64,000 nucleotides of DNA from Harriotta raleighana (lineage: Eukaryota): contig JBNZDD010013727.1 in NCBI GenBank assembly GCA_050575255.1, forward strand, positions 4,352,333 through 4,416,332. The letters run 5' to 3'. Position 1 is the first letter of the stretch. Every line of letters begins with the position of its first letter. The notes beneath the pieces were generated by a model that saw nothing but the letters and a program-made list of their open reading frames with translations, ran no database searches and was not told the DNA's origin. Below are positions 25,620-40,089 of the stretch, in pieces. The position numbers were made by a program, and so were the translations under genes.

Positions 25620-25870
25620 CAACCAATCAATCAATAATTACATTTATATAATGCCTTTCACGTCAGGGGGATATCCCAAGGCTCTGAACAGTCAAGTAGG
25701 GATCAGAGCAGGGGGGGAGGGGTTGGGGGAAGGAAAGTAGGCAAAGTGACTATATTTGCGGGCAAAACGCAGCAGCCAAATTGTGCACAACAGTGTCCCA
25801 CAAACAGTTGCGGAAGTGGGGAACAATGGAGAAACGGGAAAAAAAGGGTAAGGGGGGGGAAGAGGGAGTA
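25620..25870 (-). mobile_element. Deu-block element with (GATT)n tail and purine/pyrimidine-tract spacers
   Basis: CAATCAATCAAT tail, then ATGCCTTTCACGTCAGG and GCAGCCAAATTGTGCACAACAGTGTCCCACAAACAG. Matches 40615-40790 in opposite orientation. Confidence 0.75.
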
Positions 25871-25920
25871 ATTGTTCATAATTGTTAGTAACTGTTAGTA
25901 ATTGTTAGTAATTGTCCTTA
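25868..25920. repeat. 10-bp minisatellite (ATTGTTAGTA)n
   Basis: About 5 imperfect copies. Confidence 0.8.
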
Positions 25921-25931
25921 CTAAATATCAA

Positions 25932-26825
25932 ATCATAGAATCATAGAATGTTACGGCACAGAAGGAGGGCATTCAGCCCATCGAGTCTGTGCTGGCTCTT
26001 TGACAGAGCAATGTCACTTTTATTAACCCCAATCACCAGCTTTCTCCCCATAACCCTGCAAGCTCGTCTTCCCCAGATACCTATCCAGTTCTCTCTTAAA
26101 AGTTGCTATCGAATTGGACCTCACTACCCTTTCAGGCAGATCATTCCAAATTCGAACAACTCTCTGAGTGAAAAAATTTCTTCTAACCTCCCCTCTGCTT
26201 CTTTTGGTAGATATCTTAAGACTGTGACCTCAGGTCACAGACGGACCCACCAGCGGAAACAGCTTTTCCCTATCTAACCTTTCATGATCTTGAAGACCTC
26301 TATCAGGTCCCCGCGTAATCTTCTTTGCTCTAATGGGAAAAGTCCTAACTTCTCCAGCCTGTCCTCATAGCTGAGGTTCCCCATTCCTGGAATCATTCTT
26401 GTGAATCGCCTCTGCACCATTTCCAGTGCCTCAATGTCCTTCCTGAAGTAAGGTGCCCAGAACTGGACGCAGTACTCCAGCTGAGGCCTAACCAGTGTTT
26501 TGTATAAATTAACCATAACTTTCCTCCTCTTAATCTCTATCCCCCTACTAATAAAGCTCAGTACACAAAATGCCTTTTTTACTGCCTTATCTACCTGCCC
26601 TGCTACCTTTAATGATTCGCTTACTTGAACAGATCTCTCTGAACATTCACCCCCCTTAAGATTGAGCTACCAAGACTATATTGCCTCCTATCATTTTTCC
26701 TACCCAAGTGTATGACCTCACACTTATCCACATTGAAATCCATCTGCCACATGTCAGCCCATTCCACCATTCTGTGTATGACTGCTTGCAGTTGGTTACA
26801 GTCCTCCTCACTATTTACTACCCTA
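25932..26825 (-). mobile_element. CR1 LINE 3' part, relatively young
   Basis: ATCATAGAATCATAGAAT terminal repeat. ORF 26274-26516 reads LYKTLVRPQLEYCVQFWAPYFRKDIEALEMVQRRFTRMIPGM...LEQRRLRGDLIEVFKIMKG, with WQMDFNVDKCEVIHLG upstream. Confidence 0.95.
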
Positions 26826-28674
26826 CCCTACCTAATATCACACTTTAATAAACATTGATAAAATGCTGATCCATTGCCCCATCCAATTTCCTTCCTGTAG
26901 ACCAGCCAGAATCCATCTCCCCCAGCACCCCGCTGCCCCCCGCACCACACCACCAGAATAAAACAATAATTGGCTTTTTAAAATAAAAACATTGCGAACT
27001 TATCTGCCAGCACATATATTTATCATAAGACATGCAAAATGGCAGGATGCATGTTCTATCATTTGAAAGCTCAGGTTAACTCATATTACCAGTCTCTGAA
27101 CTGGACATTTAGATATTTTTAACTAGCTTGAAACTGGTTCCAATCATTTTCCTTCATCCCCACAACACAATGATTAATGACTGCTGTAGCCATGTTTTAA
27201 TTACATAACACATTACCACTCACATGCAAATGGATATGTTGCCCATTTGATGGGATTAAAGACATTTCACTTCAATTTGCGTATTTAATTTGATGTTGTG
27301 GTGACTCCGTGGAATTTTATATCACTTTGGCAAATACAGTACAATGAAAATATGGCAGGCTGTAATTTTGTTCGCAGTGTAACTATTACATATATAGACA
27401 GTAAAACCATTAATGCCTGTGTGCTGCCACCTGCATAATGCCAGGGGAATATTTCACCTACTCATTTTTGACCCAGCCCTATATTTTGACATGAATATAT
27501 TTCAAGAGGTAGAAGCCTATATAATTATTTGGATTAATGGTACTTGTGAATTATAGCTTTTTCATGCTCATGAAATAAACAGTGTATCATATCACTGCTT
27601 GGGTTACACATGAGCAGCAAACAGAAAACATTTAGCCAAACGTCTAGTCAGATGACGCAATATGTTTCTGTCAGAATAATTATGCAATGTTTTAAATTGT
27701 ACTGTCACGAGTGACCATCTGCGACAAGTAACATTTTCTAAAAACGATAAACATAGCATGTTAAGAGAAAACAATAAAGAATTTTAATCTGATTGCATTT
27801 TAAATACAACCTACCCTCATTATAACACAGCCCTGAGGAGTCAAGCAGTTGCACATTATAATGAGAGATATACTCTATGCGAATAAACTATTTCAGTGAA
27901 ATTGAATACGTCAGAATCCAAGGTCCAGTAACCTTGCAGCAATCATAATGCTGTAACCGAGAGCTTAATACTGTGATTAGATTTATCCTTACCCATTCAC
28001 ATTATACTAGGAGGAGTTTAATTATTTACATCAGCTGCAAAAGAATGCTTCTCATTCCATCTTTTTCTGTGTCTTTTGCATGAATACCCCATTATCATTA
28101 CTGGAGTTTTTCTAATTTAAAAACCCAAAAATGGATTCTTAATGAGGCCAGGATTTCACATGGCTACCGCTATCAATCTCACTGTGAATATGTTTTGTCA
28201 GAACACAATTCTCAAAAACAGAAAAGAAAGCACTGCTACCTGTTTGAAACATTTAATTGTTAAATGATTAGCCGCGCTGTTGTTCGAAAGACAGAAAAAT
28301 GGTCAAATTAAGCTGAACACTAAAGCAGCCCTATAAGGTTAAAGTGGAAAACTAATTATGAAATCCAACCAATACCATATCTGTGTTATGTACTTCTTGA
28401 TTCACTTTGCATCATAACTCATTTTATATACATCCTTCTTTGAGCAAAGCACATTTGTCTGTGTGAACTTTGCAAATTAATATGGCATCTTGTGAGGATG
28501 AAATCAATATAACATGTCAGCTCACATGAATTATATACACAATGTCCCTGTAATGAAGATAAGCCATACAAGATTTTTGTTTGCTTTAAATACTATGCTC
28601 TTAATATACAATGACATTCGTAATTAGGACCAACATAAACTGACATTTTATGCGACATCGTCATTACCCTGCTC

Positions 28675-28870
28675 ACCAAAAAAATAATAATTAATAATCG
28701 GTCACTTCAATCCACAACTGTGTGTGGGACACTGCTGTTTGTGATTGGTTGCCGTGTTTCATCCACAAAATATACAATCAATTCATTTTACAGGATATTC
28801 TGAGAAGTGCTTTAAGACTTTCTGTTTTGGAAGGTGTGATTAGNAGCCATATCAAATGCAAGGATTATTA
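28675..28870 (+). mobile_element. Deu-type SINE, 3' half
   Basis: GGTCACTTCAATCCACAACTGTGTGTGGGACACTGCTG...ATCAAATGCAAGGATTATT. Confidence 0.85.
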
Positions 28871-30729
28871 CAATTATTTTATTAATTCCTTTTGGTTTTA
28901 GAGGCTGCGCTATAATTTTCTGAAGAGTTGAATTTTGGAGCCATTTTGCTGCCTGGAAAATAAATCAACAAAACCATTTGTGTTTTCTGATAGTGCACCG
29001 AGAGTTATTACGAATGAAAGTTCAAGGGAAACTGATAAATATAAGTAGCCTTTGCCACAGAAAATGTGGGAAAGAATAGTGTTTTTCAGTCTAACCTTCT
29101 CCTTTCCATACATGTTTCTTCAAAGCTAAAGCTCATGTCACTCTTACTGAGCAACTGTAAAACTGCATGGAGGTAGATTGTGTTAGATGCCATATTTTCA
29201 TTTATAGAACTGGTCAAATCTAACAGGAAGAAAATGTACTAAGGGACCAACTGGAGCTCCTATACGGGACCTTTTTTTATTGTTAACTTTATCCTTCTGG
29301 TGTTCCACAATATCTGAATATTTATTATATGAATATATCTGAAAACAAGTTTATTTTTAAAACTCCCTGATCCAGTTGATTTATTTCATGAGCATTTAGG
29401 AATTACAATCAAAACATACTCTCAGCCAGAATACTGTACTGAGTATTCTGTTTTCCCATTATTATTAATTCATTCAATAATTAGCACATAAGAGGAAGGT
29501 AAGTTGCCATTCAAAGGTGCCATTACCCCTAGTAAATGCATTAGTTAGCTTTCAGATTCTATTTATAGATATATAATAAAATGCATCACTTGTGCCACAG
29601 TTAACACTCACAATTGTATAAGGTTCAGCGGAGTGTTTGTCTGTGGGAATCTTGAAGTACAATGATAAAAATTGTGCTTTACTCCTCCGGACGCCTTTTG
29701 CCCACAGACTCACAGCAGATGAAACCGCTTCAAATCATTGCTAGAAGTAGAAAAATTAGTGAAACTGATTTTTTTAAAAGCCTGCACTTACAGCTAACAG
29801 TGTTAGATTGATTCTGAGACAGTCTGACATGTTGCAACCTCATCTTTGAAGAATAGGCTATTATCACACTCAAGCTGCTACCATGTGACAATTGAAAGGC
29901 TAAAGGGAAAAAGGCTTGCAAAGTTATTTTAGATGATTTAGGGTCACCTTACTGGCATTTAGGGCTCCGTATTTTCTTGATGGGCACCATGTAATCACTG
30001 ATTGAGGGCCTCAAAACATTTTGCAGCATCCAAAGGTGCTAGCTAATACAATTTTGCTGCTCTCACCTTCTCTACAGATACATAATAAATAACTGGCAGA
30101 GACTTGTGATAGCACCGCGAGGGACAGAAGTCATTTGAAGTGTACCACAAGCCTCTGCCAATCCACCATATTTAATTGTACATGCCAAATGACAGGTTCT
30201 TTTTTAGTGACTATCACCTGATCTGTTTTCTCAACTCAATGAATCAGCAGGAGAAAACACAAATAGATTTTATGTCGTGGAAGCCTTCTCCAGATTCCTG
30301 GGAATAATATATCATGTGCACATTGAGATATATGGAGCTCCAAAAAACCCAATCTCAAACTACAATCAAATGTGAATGTGCAGGTATTTGCTAATTTCCT
30401 GAGTTGCTGTCATGACACATTCATTCGGCCCCTATTCGCATTCCATGTGTATTCAGTGCTCTGAGACAGATGAGAGCTTCTGCAGCTGCCGGATAAGTGA
30501 GGTATGGCTGCTTTTGTGCTGATTAATATATGTCACTATGACCATGACCAGGTAAGACTGCTTCCTAAAATTAGTTTTTCTTTTGTCTTTTTGCAGAAGT
30601 GACAGTTGTTATGGACTTAAACCATTGCTGATGAATCTGTGTTTCATCCTCAGTTTTCTTGACAATCTCAGATTTATGAGAATGCTTATATACTTTTCTC
30701 TCTGCAACACCTGAAGGCATTTTCGCTCA

Positions 30730-31385
30730 TTTTCCCTTCTACTCGGGTACAGGTCCATCACTACTGCATACCTTTCAATACCTTCCCCAAGTGGCTATTC
30801 GTCATATGAAGTGTTGGCAGATCATTCAATCATAGGGACACTACAATCTGACACAAACCTATGGCTACAATTCACTTGGACTTACAATATCTTAAAAATT
30901 TACATTTATACAGAACCTTTCACATCGGGTGGGCATCTCAAGGTGCTGAAACTTATCCTGTAGATTCTATGGTCTTGAAATGTAAAATCACACGGAATTG
31001 TAGCAATTAGCAAAATCAATCCGAAATGAGATGCTCTTTTTTCACCCTAGTTACAAAATTAAGACTGAATTGAAGAATTTTCCACATTCTCACATTTTAA
31101 GATGAAATGGTTTTACAAGCAGACTAGGAAGACCTTGGCATCCTATTGTTAACCAATGTTTGTACACATACCTTAGATCAGGGATTTGGGGATAGTGATA
31201 AAGAGTGGGACTGTTCTCTGATTTTCTTCACCTAAAGTCAAGAGGCATTGAGAGTAATAGCAATGTCTATCATGACTACCTATTTCTTTAGCTGAGGTAA
31301 CTCAGCATAGACAGGAATAAAGCCTGTGTCTTTCTTGTCTGTACAGTTTATTGCCACTGTCCAATACCTTTAACCATTTAGTAAT
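30730..31385 (-). mobile_element. LF-SINE-like relic, fragmented
   Basis: CCCAAGTGGCTATTC...GTGTTGGCAG, GGATAGTGATAAAGAGTGGGA...CTGATTTTC and GCTGAGGTAACTCAGCATAGAC...TCTGTACAG resemble the LF-SINE body and tRNA head in reverse. Confidence 0.5.
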
Positions 31386-32054
31386 TACCAATTTGAATAT
31401 CTGCACTAATTGATTCTGGCCCCATTATGAAATACCCACAGTCTTTTTACATAACTATAATATGTCAGCACTTCTCCCTTTCTCTCTATATTATTCTCTT
31501 CCAGGTTTCTCCATAGCCTGTCTTTCTCTCTCTGTTCTCTCTCTGCAGAAAAGGGGAAATTAGGTTATCTGGTGTGCAGATCAGTGGTCCCACATATTGT
31601 ACTTTGTATTTGTAAATTTGTATTTCTACTCCTGTTTATAAGTGGCTGCTGAGTTTCTCTTAGAATTTTATGAAGCGTTTTGAAATTGATGGGTTGATGA
31701 TGGGTTGAGCCGGGATGTGATAAAGGATTCAATGGGGGTGAGAATGTGTTAAAAATTAGATATACTTGTATATACATGATTTATTGTTATTAGTAGTATT
31801 ATATGTGCAGTAGACTTGGGTCTCCAGGTGATTGGTGATACTTTGAAATTTTAAGAATTCTCTCTGAGTACAGTAACGACAAGGCCAAAACTCCAGAGTT
31901 CACTTAGTTCACCTTCCCCAAGTGGCTAAAATCAGTAAGAAGAAAGTTTCAGAACAGGGTAGTCAGGAAAGTGGAAAAAAATAAAGATCTCACAGAGCGA
32001 GACACTTTTGCTGAATTGTGATACTAAAATATATCTCATAGATGGTTACCATCC

Positions 32055-32200
32055 AACAACTACAACAACAATTTGGATTTATATAGTGCTCTCCATGCTG
32101 GACGGTGTCTCAGAGCACTTCACAATAATGAATCCCGGGGCCGAGCCAGTGGGAGAGAAAGAAAGGTGACCAAAAACGTGGTTAAAAATACAGGTCTTCA
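32055..32200 (-). mobile_element. L2-type 3' tail fragment
   Basis: (CAA)n followed by TTTATATAGTGCTCTCCATG...GTCTCAGAGCACTTCACA. Confidence 0.65.
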
Positions 32201-32590
32201 GCCTATAAAGGACCAGAGGCCTGTCCAGTTTGCTCCTAAGAAACAACCCTTATTTCACCTAGCTCACCAATAGGCATCTACATTGTCTGATGCCGGCCAT
32301 ATAAACCCCTCATAAGGGAAACCAGAGAAAGCCAAATAGAATTGATGCTTTTCACACACATATGCTTAGCTGCCCTTTGGCTTTGTTGTGTGTAAGATTT
32401 TTGGTTCTTTGTGTTGTCTTGCTGGACTGTGGAGAGGTGCAATTGTTTTCTTCCTTGGCTTGACCACATCACTGTGACAAACATTTGAGAACCCTTCTGC
32501 CCCCGATCAAGCAAATAAATGTTCTAGGTGTTCACCATATTCTGTATGAAGAAGTGCTTCCTCATGTACAACTGGAAGTGCTCAGAGAAA
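32200..32590 (-). mobile_element. Old CR1 3' fragments
   Basis: GAGGCCTGTCCAGTTTGC near the 3' end, and TTCTAGGTGTTCACCATATTCTGTATGAAGAAGTG (antisense of the HFF..R.VN.WN region). Confidence 0.5.
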
Positions 32591-33189
32591 CTACCCTGTA
32601 TAGAGGATGCTACATAATTGTAAATTGGTGTTGCTTTGGTGTAAAGCAAGCATTAAACTAAACAAGAATTAAACAAGCAGCATTAAGTGCAAACTACTTG
32701 AATGAAATGATTCTGGAAATAAGATTCCATGGTGAAGAAAGACCAAAGTCCAGACTGAGTTTTATTGAATAAAGAAGATTGAGAAAATATGACATTTAAC
32801 ACTTTGATATGAAAAAAGGTGTGAATTGTATGGCTGTACAGCAGATTATTTATGATCACAGAATTAAAGTACATCACACACTTAGCAAATCTCCAGTGAG
32901 TGTAGATAGATTAACGGAAATCTTTTTCCTTTTCCCCTACAGAGCATTGAACATGTGGAATAATCTTCAAGCAGTAAATCTATATGGTTTTTAAAAAGCT
33001 ATCTAAGAACAAAATTGAACGTTTTAAGCATAGACAGAGGTCAGTGGAACAAAATGGTTCAGTGGTTGCTAGAACCATGAAATAATTATTTACAGAGTGT
33101 AACTGGTCAGACCTCTGTGTGTGAGTTGTAAACTTGGATCACTATTTTGGAGTTTTGTGTCGTTAACTTTAAGGGAAAATGTTACAGAT

Positions 33190-33370
33190 CTGCACTCTCT
33201 TGCAGGTTTACTTTATGGCTGTTTGTGGAAAATTGCTGTGCACAAATTGGCTGCTGCACCTGCCTACAAAAATATACATTCACTACATCATACAATAAAT
33301 CCTGTGAAATGCTTTGAGTCATCCTCCAAATGTGAAAGGCGTTATATCCAGTGTAATGATTACTGTTATT
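33190..33370 (+). mobile_element. Deu-type SINE, 3' half
   Basis: GCTGTTTGTGGAAAATTGCTGTGCACAAATTGGCTGC...TGTGAAAGGCGTTATAT. Confidence 0.75.
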
Positions 33371-34953
33371 ACTTATGATTGGAGAGTTGATCAGAGTCCA
33401 TGACACAGAAAGGGATGCAAAGTATTTTAGTTGTTCTATGTTTCTTATAACCTTTGCATTTGATATAGTGCTTTTCACGTCTTCCAGAATGTCTCAAAGT
33501 GCTTCACAGAATTTTATTTTCTTCTATATAAGGATGCTCACATCTCACACTAAAGTTGAGCTCATCCTGCTCAGAAACACTAGAGAAACCAGTCTTACTC
33601 TGAGCATAATGGACCCTGTTTCATTATCATTGGTGCAGGTACGTCACTCACACGTGTAGTAAGATGTGTCTACAAATTATTGTATTCTTGTAGTCTAAGA
33701 TTCACATTTTTGAAGATGAAATCAATTGCTAATTACTGTACTGTGTTGGTAAAAGTCACGGCAGCTTTTTGAAGTGGTGATTAATAAATAGTGAATACTA
33801 TACAATTATCATTTTTAACTGTAGAGTTGGGTACACATCTACTAAGCTTCAGTGAAAGGGCAAACTACAGTTGATAACACTTGGCTAAAATCTCTGACCT
33901 CCACTTGTAGCAAATGTTGAACAGTTCTTCCTTGGCACAATTTAAGGAAAAATATTGTTCACAAAAGGAAACCATGAGGCTAATTATTTAATATTGTGTC
34001 TGAATTTCAACAACTAAAATTAAAATTACTTTATAATATTTATGACTTAAAACAAAAGCAGCCATACGAAAAAGGCCAGTTTGAATGGGAATCCTAGCAG
34101 CTGATCTGCCTCGGATATTAGTTCCAAGCTGTGGTGGCACAAAACCAGAATTCCACTTGCCATCCGTTTCAGAAAGCAAAGCAGCTGATGACAAATTTTA
34201 TTCACAGTTGTTTCTGACCCTTGGTTATTGCTGTATGGACTCTGGAGAATTTGTGTAATAATAACAGCTGTGAGTGTAATTTTCATGAATTGCACTGCCC
34301 ACTGGAATGGCTGCAATCACTGTGTCATTGCCATTTGAAAGGAATTTCAGCCCTAATTAATTTGAGTCTATTTTCAACAGCTGTCCATTTTTATATACAT
34401 TTTATCAGATGTTTAGCGCTTTAATTTGGTAATTTTCAGAATGAAGTAATGAACTAATAGTTTCTGAAACATCTAAACCATACACATGTTTAATTCCTGC
34501 TTAGATATTATAGCCATCTACACAATATTTTTTCTTTGTTGTTCTGGGCACCTCCAGACAATGAAAGTGCTTGATAAATACATTCAGGCGCTGTATTAAT
34601 TCTGCATCAGAAATCAAAATCAATGGGATTGATTGCTGCTTAATATTAACTGATTATCAATTAAAGTCTTTCTACCCAGTGAGGAAAATCTGAGAACTTG
34701 TCAACTTCTGCTACCCTCCTGCACCTTCTAGTGGCTTGCTGGAGAAAAAAGTTAACTCAGCCCTGAAAGTGGAACTCCTGACTTCCTTTAGAAACTGCAT
34801 GAGCCACAATAAAGAGGCAAAGACAATTCATGAAGAAATTAATAGATATGGAGTTTATTCATGCAAAAATTGAGGTTAATCTGAATAATTTAACTGGCAA
34901 TCTTGAAGATTATTCCATAATTTATTATTCACATGTACTCTGTTTTGGCTAAT

Positions 34954-35230
34954 GCTCAGTGGTTAGAGCACTCGCCTTCCAAGCGTTCAAATCCAGGTAG
35001 ATCAGGACAAAATCTTGGGCAAGTTTCCTTACTCAAAATGCCTAATAATTATCTGTCCATAAAAACACTTTAATAAAAATTGGTCATTTCAACCCATGAA
35101 TGTTTGTGGGACACTGCTGTGTGCAATTGCCTGCCGCATTTCGCCCACAAATATATAGTCAATTCACTTTACAATATATTCTGTGAAGCGCTTTAAGACT
35201 TCGATAAGATGTGAAAGGATTATATTATTT
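34954..35230 (+). mobile_element. tRNA-headed Deu-type SINE
   Basis: GCTCAGTGGTTAGAGCACTCGCC...GTTCAAATCC, Deu block and tail. Confidence 0.9.
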
Positions 35231-36352
35231 TATTACTGTATTATAATTCTTTTCATCTATCCTATACCAAAAGATAGCAGAAAAACATTTTTGTGGATTA
35301 TCTTGATGAGCATTACCTGTTGAGCCAATCCAGAATATTTGAGTGAAGTATACTATGTACCATATGGAATTCAATGTGTTCATATTAAATCAATTATGAA
35401 ATATTGCATGTTTCACACTTTAGTCAGTAATCAGAATTTTTTTGTTTCAGCATGATGCGTGCTTTATCTTAACTTGTACCACTGCTGATTTCCTAACTTG
35501 GAACTGCATTTTAAAAAGGGGGGGACATTGCATTAACAATAGATGTCAAACTGCATAAAGTATGTGACAATACAACTGAGACTAGTTGCAGTCTGTATTT
35601 CTGTACTGATCTATTGAATTTACCCTGGAATATTCCTGACAGAATCTTTAAGTTCAAGACCTTGAACCCACACTGCTACTTCTAAATCAACAAATCCTGA
35701 CAGACGTAAAGAAGCAAGGTGCAAATTGGATAAATCAATGGCATCTACAGGAATTTCAGTAACAAAAATAATCACAGGTCCCACCAGAAGCCAAAAATAG
35801 GTTGTAAATCTCTTACTGCTAACTAGGGCTTCTGATTACCATTTTACAGAATCTTACCACTCATTTTGATCCATGGTCTTCAAATGCAGCTGGATGTATC
35901 AGAGAAACCCATCACTTCCCCAAGCCCAGCAGCAGATTCAAGAGTTGACAGTCCTTCTGCAAATGGTTGTTACAAATCAAGAAGTCTTGAGCATCATCCA
36001 CAACAAAAGGATCCATGTATGCTCATTGACAGAATAATGAAGACCTAGGCTGCCAAGATTCTTATAATTAACAATTTCACAAAAATAGCCTGGAATCCTT
36101 CTGCTTAAATCATAACCCGAGGAGTTTGGAGGAATATTAGTAGTCTCTGATAGGTACAATTTGAAATGCTGTTCTATTTCATCACTGCCCTCTTGGGCTC
36201 ACCAGTCATGGGATCACTTGGGACCTTCAGCATTCTCAGTCCCATTCCATCTGCTTACAGTGAAGGCTTGTTTAGCAGGCCCACTGAGAGCTTTAAACTA
36301 GTGAGGCACGGAACTAGGCACCAGACTCAGAATTCCAATCAGGGCATTCCCC

Positions 36353-36648
36353 AATAATATAATAATAACCTTTGCATTTGATATAGCGCTTTACACGAGT
36401 TCTAGACATCTCAAAGTGCTTCACACAACATTCTGTAAAGTGACTGCATAGTTGTGGGCAAACCGCAGCAGCCAATTGCTCACAGCAATGTCCCACATAT
36501 AATCATGGATTGAGTGACCATATAATTGTTTTGGAAGGATTATTAGGCGTGTAGAGTAAGGAAATTTGCCCAACGTTTTGCCCTATCTGGACTCGAACTC
36601 AGGTCTCTCACTTGTGAGGAAGGTGCTCTAACCACTGAGCTACAGGAC
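36353..36648 (-). mobile_element. tRNA-headed Deu-type SINE
   Basis: AATAATAACCTTTGCATTTGATATAGCGCTTT...CTCTAACCACTGAGCTACAGGA. Confidence 0.9.
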
Positions 36649-38139
36649 TGCCTGATGTTGAAATAGTGGAGTGAAAATTATAGTGTGTGATTTGATAATT
36701 AACATCAAAGGGAATAAATAACTGTTGGAAAATGTGTTAAAATTATCAGCTGGTCCTCTGGAGACATTAGACTTCCGATTTACACCAACTGGCAGCCAGT
36801 TTATGCCAAGGCAATCTAGTAAACTATGGAAATATTATGGAGGTTTATGGAGTATGTTCCTCAGGTAAAGTATCTGATCAGAAATATCAAAATATAGACT
36901 TTTGTGAGTTAACAAGTTTTGTTTTGGCTTAAGGAGATTTGTTTTTGTTGTAATTAACCAGTGTGAAACAATGTATACAGCAGCCAATAATATCAACTAT
37001 ATAAAAAAAACTCCTGGAATTAGTTTTTAGAGTGGGATTCAAAATCAAATCAATACTCCCCAAAACAGATTCATACTACACCTTTACTGGAAACCAAAGC
37101 ATGTTAATGTTAACTGAGCAATACAAATGGTACATTAAATTCAATGCCCAAGGTTATACCAACTTCCTGAGGTTTCTGAAGCACAGGTCACCATCATTTT
37201 GCTTCTGAACATAGAATGCAGTATTTGACTGGACTCATTTAAAGCAGAGACTTTTGATAAATCATGATCCCTGCCCTTTACCTGCCTCTCTCCTGTGATG
37301 TGGCCTATTTAATAGCTGCCTCTAACATTCCCTTTATCTAATAACTGCCTCTATTATTCACTTTGTCGAATAACTCCCTCTGCCCTGCCCCTTTACCAAT
37401 TTTAACAAACAAAGCAGAAAAATAAATAAAACCAGAAGATGACTTTTACTCCGATGATTGTATTTCCTCTTCTATGGTGAAACAGTCTAATACTTTGAGT
37501 GAAACTATGTGCCCTTTCTTGTCCCTGAAAGGACAAACCCTAACAATTCATGGACTGCTAGAGCATCAAAAGGGGAATTTAAATAGTGTGATGTACAATG
37601 GAGTACTGCAAACAAAACCAGCACACCAGAGGATTTCCTGCACTTAAAGATGCTAATGTTTGCATGCCTATCTGCGAGGAACATCTCTGAAGCTTTGTTT
37701 TGTATAGGACACAAGCATTACCAATTTAAAGTGTGTTTTTACAGCTTTACAATTTTGTTCTTGTCCTCAGATAACAATCGCAGGACAAAGGTCATGCAAA
37801 CTATTGGATTTTCCTATCCATGACACAAGAAGTAGTGTAAATCACCACGGATATGTCTGTTACAACCATTGGAGAGGATATAATCCATGCATTTCGGTAA
37901 TGTGTAAAGTTAATAGGATTGCTCATTATACTATACAGTAGATACACATTATTAAAGTATGCTCAACAAATCCAAACAACTGAGCACTACCCCTTCCCCA
38001 AAATATATCAATCATAAAGGCAAATTGATATCCCTTGGCTGCTGATTATAGCTTATACTATAAATAATAATAGACAATGTGCATATTTCTCACACTCTGC
38101 CTGCAGCATATTATTTTCCTGTAGATATAAAGGGGGTCT

Positions 38140-39150
38140 TTTCAACAACAATTGCAGGGTGTTGGCCTCAACCACCCTTCCTGGCAACATGTTCCAGCCA
38201 TTAGTTACCTTCTGGGTAAAGAAAATCTTCCTGGTATCCTTTCTGAAATTGCCCTATGCTATTCTAAACCTATGTCCACTTGTTCTGCGCTCTGGGTCCA
38301 TCCTAAAGCATTTTTCTAGGTTTACATTTTATAATACTAATAATTCTTATATTTGATATAACTCTTTATCATGTTGTTTAAATGTCTTAAAATCCTTTAC
38401 CGGATTTTACTTTGAAGTGTGATGACTGGTACACCTTTTAGGCAAATACGGCAGCTAATTTTCTCACAGCAATGTCCCACAAGTAGCCATGAAGTGAGTG
38501 ATCATTTTTATTAGGCGGCTAGTTGACCACCACTTTGGGAGAAACTCCCTTCGCTTTTTGAATAGTGCTATGGGATCTTTAACATCCACTTGAACAGGCA
38601 GATAGGACCTGGATTTAATGTTTCACCTAAACTACAGGATCTCCAACAATGCATCACCCACCCAGCACTGCATTGGAGAATCAGCCTAGACAATGAGTTC
38701 AAATTCAAATGTTATACCTATGTATAAAATCCTTTCTGAGACATCTTCTGTCAAGACGTAAAAGCCCTAACTTGTTCGATCATTGCTCATAGCTCATTCC
38801 TCTAACATTGGGGATCATTTTCTTTATTCTCCTCTGCATTACTTTTAAGTCCTGGGCAGACCGCTTATGTTGTGGTCACCAGAACTGAATGCAGTACTGT
38901 AGGTGTGGCAAAATTAAAGTATACAAACTCAACTGATTCAGTAATGTAACACAGCATCCTGTTTGCCTTGATTATTGCTGCCTCACACTGTATTGACATA
39001 GTGAGCAATGAATTAGCTAACATCCTTGGAATGTTATTAAATTGTGTCCCCTCCATATGTTTCCTATTCTTGTTACCTGCCTGTAAACCTTGCTTGTATG
39101 TGTATTAAAGTTAATTTGTCAGTTATTAACATATATGTAAATCCTACCAC
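38140..39150 (-). mobile_element. Old CR1 3' region interrupted by a Deu SINE
   Basis: 38140-38340 is antisense of the R..FF..RV...WN.LP region. 38730-39150 is antisense of EAAIIKANRML and YC.QFW motifs. Confidence 0.7.
38390..38710 (-). mobile_element. SacSINE1/AmnSINE-like Deu SINE
   Basis: CGGCAGCTAATTTTCTCACAGCAATGTCCCACAA, GAATAGTGCTATGGGATCTTTAACATCCAC and CAGCACTGCATTGGAG..TCAGCCTAGA. Confidence 0.75.
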
Positions 39151-40089
39151 ATTCTCTCTGACCCCAGTAGAATTTAGTGGAATTTTATTATTATTAAAAG
39201 CACGCATCTGAAGTTACTTCAAATTTTACTTAAAATGATTCAAACTGTGTGGGCCAAACTAATGGATATAAAATATCTAACGTGTGATAAAAAATTGTGT
39301 CAAACACTCGTGACAGGTAGGGAAACTGTTAAAATTGTATGAAAAACAACTATGTCTACCTGAAGATGAACTCTAATATTTCCTTTCATCCAGTGATCTT
39401 CCACAACACAAACATTGCTTTTGCATTACAAGTTTGCCTAACATTCTAACATTCCAATACCTAACCATTCCCTTTTTTAAATGATCTGGTTTTTCAGTGG
39501 TTGCTAAATATGATCCATAATCCATCCTTTTTCCAAGACCGCTGCTATCATTTATTTCCAACTTAAACATCATTAAAATGAATTGTCAATTTTGCTCTCA
39601 TCCTCTGTGAGGATACCAATTACCCACAGCACCATGGCAATTACCAGCTGTTGATAACCTTCCTTTAGTATCACAAATTTGCACCCAAACTAAGGGGCTA
39701 AAAATGGCAATTACTAAAAATGCCATCCAACCTCTGATGTATTGACATCTCAGTGTTTGTTAAACCAACTGAAACAACCAAAGAAGCATGAGACAAGGAA
39801 TGTGCATTTGGCCCATAAAACCGACTCCTTCCAACACGCCATTGACAACTTGCAATGTAATGGGTCAGTTATTTAATTGCCAAGGGAAAAGAACAAACAA
39901 AGTAAAACTTTCAAGAAATTAAAACTTGAATTTCTCTCAGAAATCTAACATAGCAACCGCATATTAAAATATACAATATTCAACTTGGACTAATTACATA
40001 TCCTTATTGAAACTCCTCCAAAGCCAACATTTTAACCATGATATTATCACTGCCTTACCCTGGCCTATTCAGCAAGCGATATATATCAA

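Noticed and set aside
26274-26516. Clean 80-aa ORF as a possible host gene
   Set aside because: It is the C-terminal part of CR1 ORF2 within a truncated element.
29630-29730. 9-bp stem GTCTGTGGG/CCCACAGAC as a possible snoRNA or miRNA
   Set aside because: No convincing C/D or H/ACA boxes and no long hairpin. Consistent with chance.
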